DNA of 64,000 bases from Mytilus trossulus. Taxonomy: Eukaryota. The position numbers were made by a program, and so were the translations under genes. This document shows positions 61,358 through 64,000 of the stretch, one piece after another; positions within the stretch are counted from its first letter, which is position 1; every line of letters begins with the position of its first letter. The stretch spans positions 77,066,001-77,130,000 of the forward strand of contig NC_086373.1 in assembly GCF_036588685.1 (NCBI RefSeq). The letters are read 5' to 3'. The notes under the pieces were generated by a model. The model did not search any database, was not told the DNA's origin, and saw nothing but the letters and a program-made list of their open reading frames with translations.

Positions 61358-63523
61358 TTAGTTGTTTGGTAAATTATTTGCCAACCGAGTGTATTCGTCT
61401 TTTTGTCCTCTCTTTTTCTTTATGTAGATGGTCAGCACAATTGCGGCAAGCATCACTGCTCCTACTGCAACCGTTGACACGACTATAATTGTCGTGCTAC
61501 TCTGTCCGTTGGATCCACCGTTATTCTGGTTATCAGGTACCTCATTGCTTAATTGTTTGTATTTAAAATCAGCTTTTTCAAAAGCCGTAAGCTTGGAGTC
61601 TGAACCTGTTAACGATACCAACTTGATTGTTGCTGCTTCCATATTGGTCATTTTCACCATGGCACTTGTTAAATCGTAAGGTTTGATTAAAGGTCTCTTC
61701 ATGAAAGGTGGTCTAATAGCTTCTCTAGTCTCAAAGACTGTATCTTTTCGATGAACGCTGCAGTAATAAATGTCAATATTTTCATCAACCGTTGCTAGAT
61801 ATTTCGAAAATGTCTTAGGACATTTTTCTGCAAACTGATTTGTTTTGTCAGAGATGTTTTTAGAACTAGGTCCAGCAAGAGGATTTCCGGACATGGAACT
61901 GAAAAGGCCACCAAATGTAACGGCCTTGAGTCTGTTGTCCGATACATCATTGCCATAGCACAGGTTAAGATCTACTCCCAAAGTAACTTCAGAAAATCCA
62001 CATGGACAATAGTTTCCACCAGTTACTGGATTTTTTTGGTAGGACGGGTTCCACATTCCCCCGAACAGAAATCCTGCAGATTGTGCTGGTTTTCCTTGTG
62101 GAACATTTGGAGAACACCAGTATACGGAATATTCAATCTCTGTATATTCGTTGATATTTTTATGATTCAAGAACGAACATGACAAACTTTTAACTTTCAT
62201 GTCACGGCAAAGTGCACCATAAGATTTTCTCGCTTTCCAAAGACGAACTGTCCTATAACTAGCAGGACAAGAATATTGGTTTGTGCGTGGATTAACAAAG
62301 CTGAAATGATCACACAAGTGACCTTCTCCCTCTTCACAGGTTTGAAAAAATCCCCCGAAAGAGAAGGAATCGCTTTTCAATCCGCATGTCCCGTCATCTA
62401 TATTTGCTTTGCTATTGAAGTTAATTGCCTTTGGATCGGTACAGCCATACACGCAATTATGTTTATAATAATCAGAGGACGACAACAATGCGAGATTCTC
62501 TACTTTAAATACTGTTGTTGGTGACATTTCTGGGAGCGTGTATGGGTTGATAAAATCAAAGAGAGATTTTCCACTCCTATCTATAGCAACCAAATTAGAT
62601 TCTAGTCCCTGTTCCCAGTTCTCCATACTAAATTGTCCCATATTAAATACAGGTCCACCATATGTGGTAACCTTGGAGTATTGTAAACTGTTCATGTACT
62701 TTTGGGTGTCCATTTCAGATTTGGTATTGTTTTGTGTAAAACTTCTACCTTCTGCTCCCTTCTTGAAAAAGAAATTATTGAAAGATTGTCCTGCTTGAAA
62801 GTTCATGCTACTTCTATCAGAAGCAGACACGGTGGTAGATTCGCTTGATTTGATGATATAATCATTTTTTACTAGTAATCCACCTACCAATACATCAGAC
62901 AAAACATGTGTCCCGTAGTCGCGAGTCAATAGTTCTGATTCGAAGGTTGCCATTTGATCTTGCTTAGTGTCCAACATGGCCGCTATTTTCTGTAACCGTC
63001 TACGAAAAACAGGGTCAAGAGGAGCATCTTCTTTTAATGTAATTCGGTAACGTGGGAAACTAGCTGTTACGCGTACCAGTGTTGAATTTGTTTCAAGTTG
63101 CTTGTTCACTGAAAACTGAGCGTCATTAGAATATGAACCACTTATCTGAGATTTTTCGAACAGAGTTGAATCGCTGGCGCAAAATTGCTTGTTGACGGAT
63201 GCCGCCGTTGCGCTGGTAAATGAATTGTGGGTACTGAAAGTATCTGCAAAAATACTGATTTCGCTTGTTTTGACTGGCTCAACAGTAAATCCATCTGGAA
63301 TCAGAAATTTCCGATCTGCAGTTGTTTGGCATTCATTGTAGGAAATATCAAGTACTCGATATTGCTCAGTGTTCTGTAAATTGTCCCAGCCAACTCCTGG
63401 TAGAACTTCGAAAAGTTGCTTGGTGTCAGGAAGTGTTTTTAAACATTCCTCTGGGGTCTTTTTGACACTAGCTACTACGGATACACAAACAATGGCAATC
63501 AAAGCTAAGCTATGACTTTCCAT
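61358..63523 (-). CDS. MPEG1: Macrophage-expressed gene 1 / perforin-2-like protein, copy 2 (721 aa, single coding exon)
   Basis: Same length and domain order as copy 1, with about 60 amino-acid differences by manual count. Confidence 0.96.
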   Translation of the reverse strand: MESHSLALIAIVCVSVVASVKKTPEECLKTLPDTKQLFEVLPGVGWDNLQNTEQYRVLDISYNECQTTADRKFLIPDGFTVEPVKTSEISIFADTFSTHNSFTSATAASVNKQFCASDSTLFEKSQISGSYSNDAQFSVNKQLETNSTLVRVTASFPRYRITLKEDAPLDPVFRRRLQKIAAMLDTKQDQMATFESELLTRDYGTHVLSDVLVGGLLVKNDYIIKSSESTTVSASDRSSMNFQAGQSFNNFFFKKGAEGRSFTQNNTKSEMDTQKYMNSLQYSKVTTYGGPVFNMGQFSMENWEQGLESNLVAIDRSGKSLFDFINPYTLPEMSPTTVFKVENLALLSSSDYYKHNCVYGCTDPKAINFNSKANIDDGTCGLKSDSFSFGGFFQTCEEGEGHLCDHFSFVNPRTNQYSCPASYRTVRLWKARKSYGALCRDMKVKSLSCSFLNHKNINEYTEIEYSVYWCSPNVPQGKPAQSAGFLFGGMWNPSYQKNPVTGGNYCPCGFSEVTLGVDLNLCYGNDVSDNRLKAVTFGGLFSSMSGNPLAGPSSKNISDKTNQFAEKCPKTFSKYLATVDENIDIYYCSVHRKDTVFETREAIRPPFMKRPLIKPYDLTSAMVKMTNMEAATIKLVSLTGSDSKLTAFEKADFKYKQLSNEVPDNQNNGGSNGQSSTTIIVVSTVAVGAVMLAAIVLTIYIKKKRGQKDEYTRLANNLPNN

Positions 63524-63658
63524 TATTGTTTTGGATTGACAAATAAACTAGAATGGAGAGTGATTTGTTTATATGGCTAGCTCGTTATCTTTGCTTTGAT
63601 AATAAGATTTAATATACGGGTACCTCAAGGTACATTATATGATAAACGAATGGGCTAT

Positions 63659-63717
63659 GTAATTTCCCATGGATTGTACGAACTTTCGATTCACACTTCA
63701 AGTACACGGGGTCTTCC
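63659..63717. promoter_or_regulatory. Candidate NF-kB sites upstream of MPEG1 copy 2
   Basis: GGGGTCTTCC (63708-63717) fits GGGRNNYYCC; GGGAAATTAC (minus strand, 63659-63668) is a near match. Both lie 135-195 bp upstream of the ATG. Confidence 0.4.
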
Positions 63718-64000
63718 GAGAGAAAACGACAAGGACGTCATATGAGATATCTGCCTATAGATAATCATAGATCAAATTCCGAAATTTCAGTCGTTCGATG
63801 TTGTTGATCTTGTATAATACTATTAATAGTAAATACAAACTATATATGGGAAAGGCTCTATTGGATAATTGCAGATAATGGTTAATATTTTCCCCCTGAT
63901 ACAAAAGTATATGCCACGAGCTTGTTAGCTCTGAAGATATTCTATTTGGCTTGGAAAATAATCACTATCAAGTTTGCAATAATTTATCTTTACATTGTAA

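Noticed and set aside
51042-62798. Antisense ORFs at 51042-51335, 61428-61679, 62276-62524 and 62538-62798
   Set aside because: These are shadows of the MPEG1 coding sequence; their similarity follows from the duplication.
1-64000. tRNA, rRNA or prokaryotic operons
   Set aside because: None recognised by eye; tRNAscan-SE or Infernal would be needed to exclude tRNA-derived SINE heads.

Overview
AT-rich eukaryotic genomic DNA, most likely from a bivalve such as Mytilus. The organism is inferred from the repeat families, the hammerhead-ribozyme retrozymes and the gene content; it is not proven. Manual splicing gives six host genes: (1) a 3-exon, ~226-aa single-pass membrane protein built like a LAT/NTAL/PAG transmembrane adaptor (8820-12437, +); (2) a 5-exon sigma-class glutathione S-transferase (13679-17981, -); (3) a 3-exon CARD/coiled-coil protein (25667-28665, +); (4) a 4-exon, ~447-aa protein joining a putative mitochondrial presequence and two DHX30-type dsRNA-binding domains to a DIRS-type RNase H domain with all four acidic catalytic residues (42744-46665, +), the best candidate for a new system; (5,6) two tandem intronless MPEG1/perforin-2 paralogs (-). 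The rest is mostly mobile DNA: three LINE fragments, two Penelope-like elements (one with an N-terminal GIY-YIG and a large 5' palindrome), a hammerhead retrozyme array, many MITEs, helentron-like elements and minisatellites. There is also a phased array of TCCCATGGGA palindromes. No database search was run, so all family calls rest on motif recognition.
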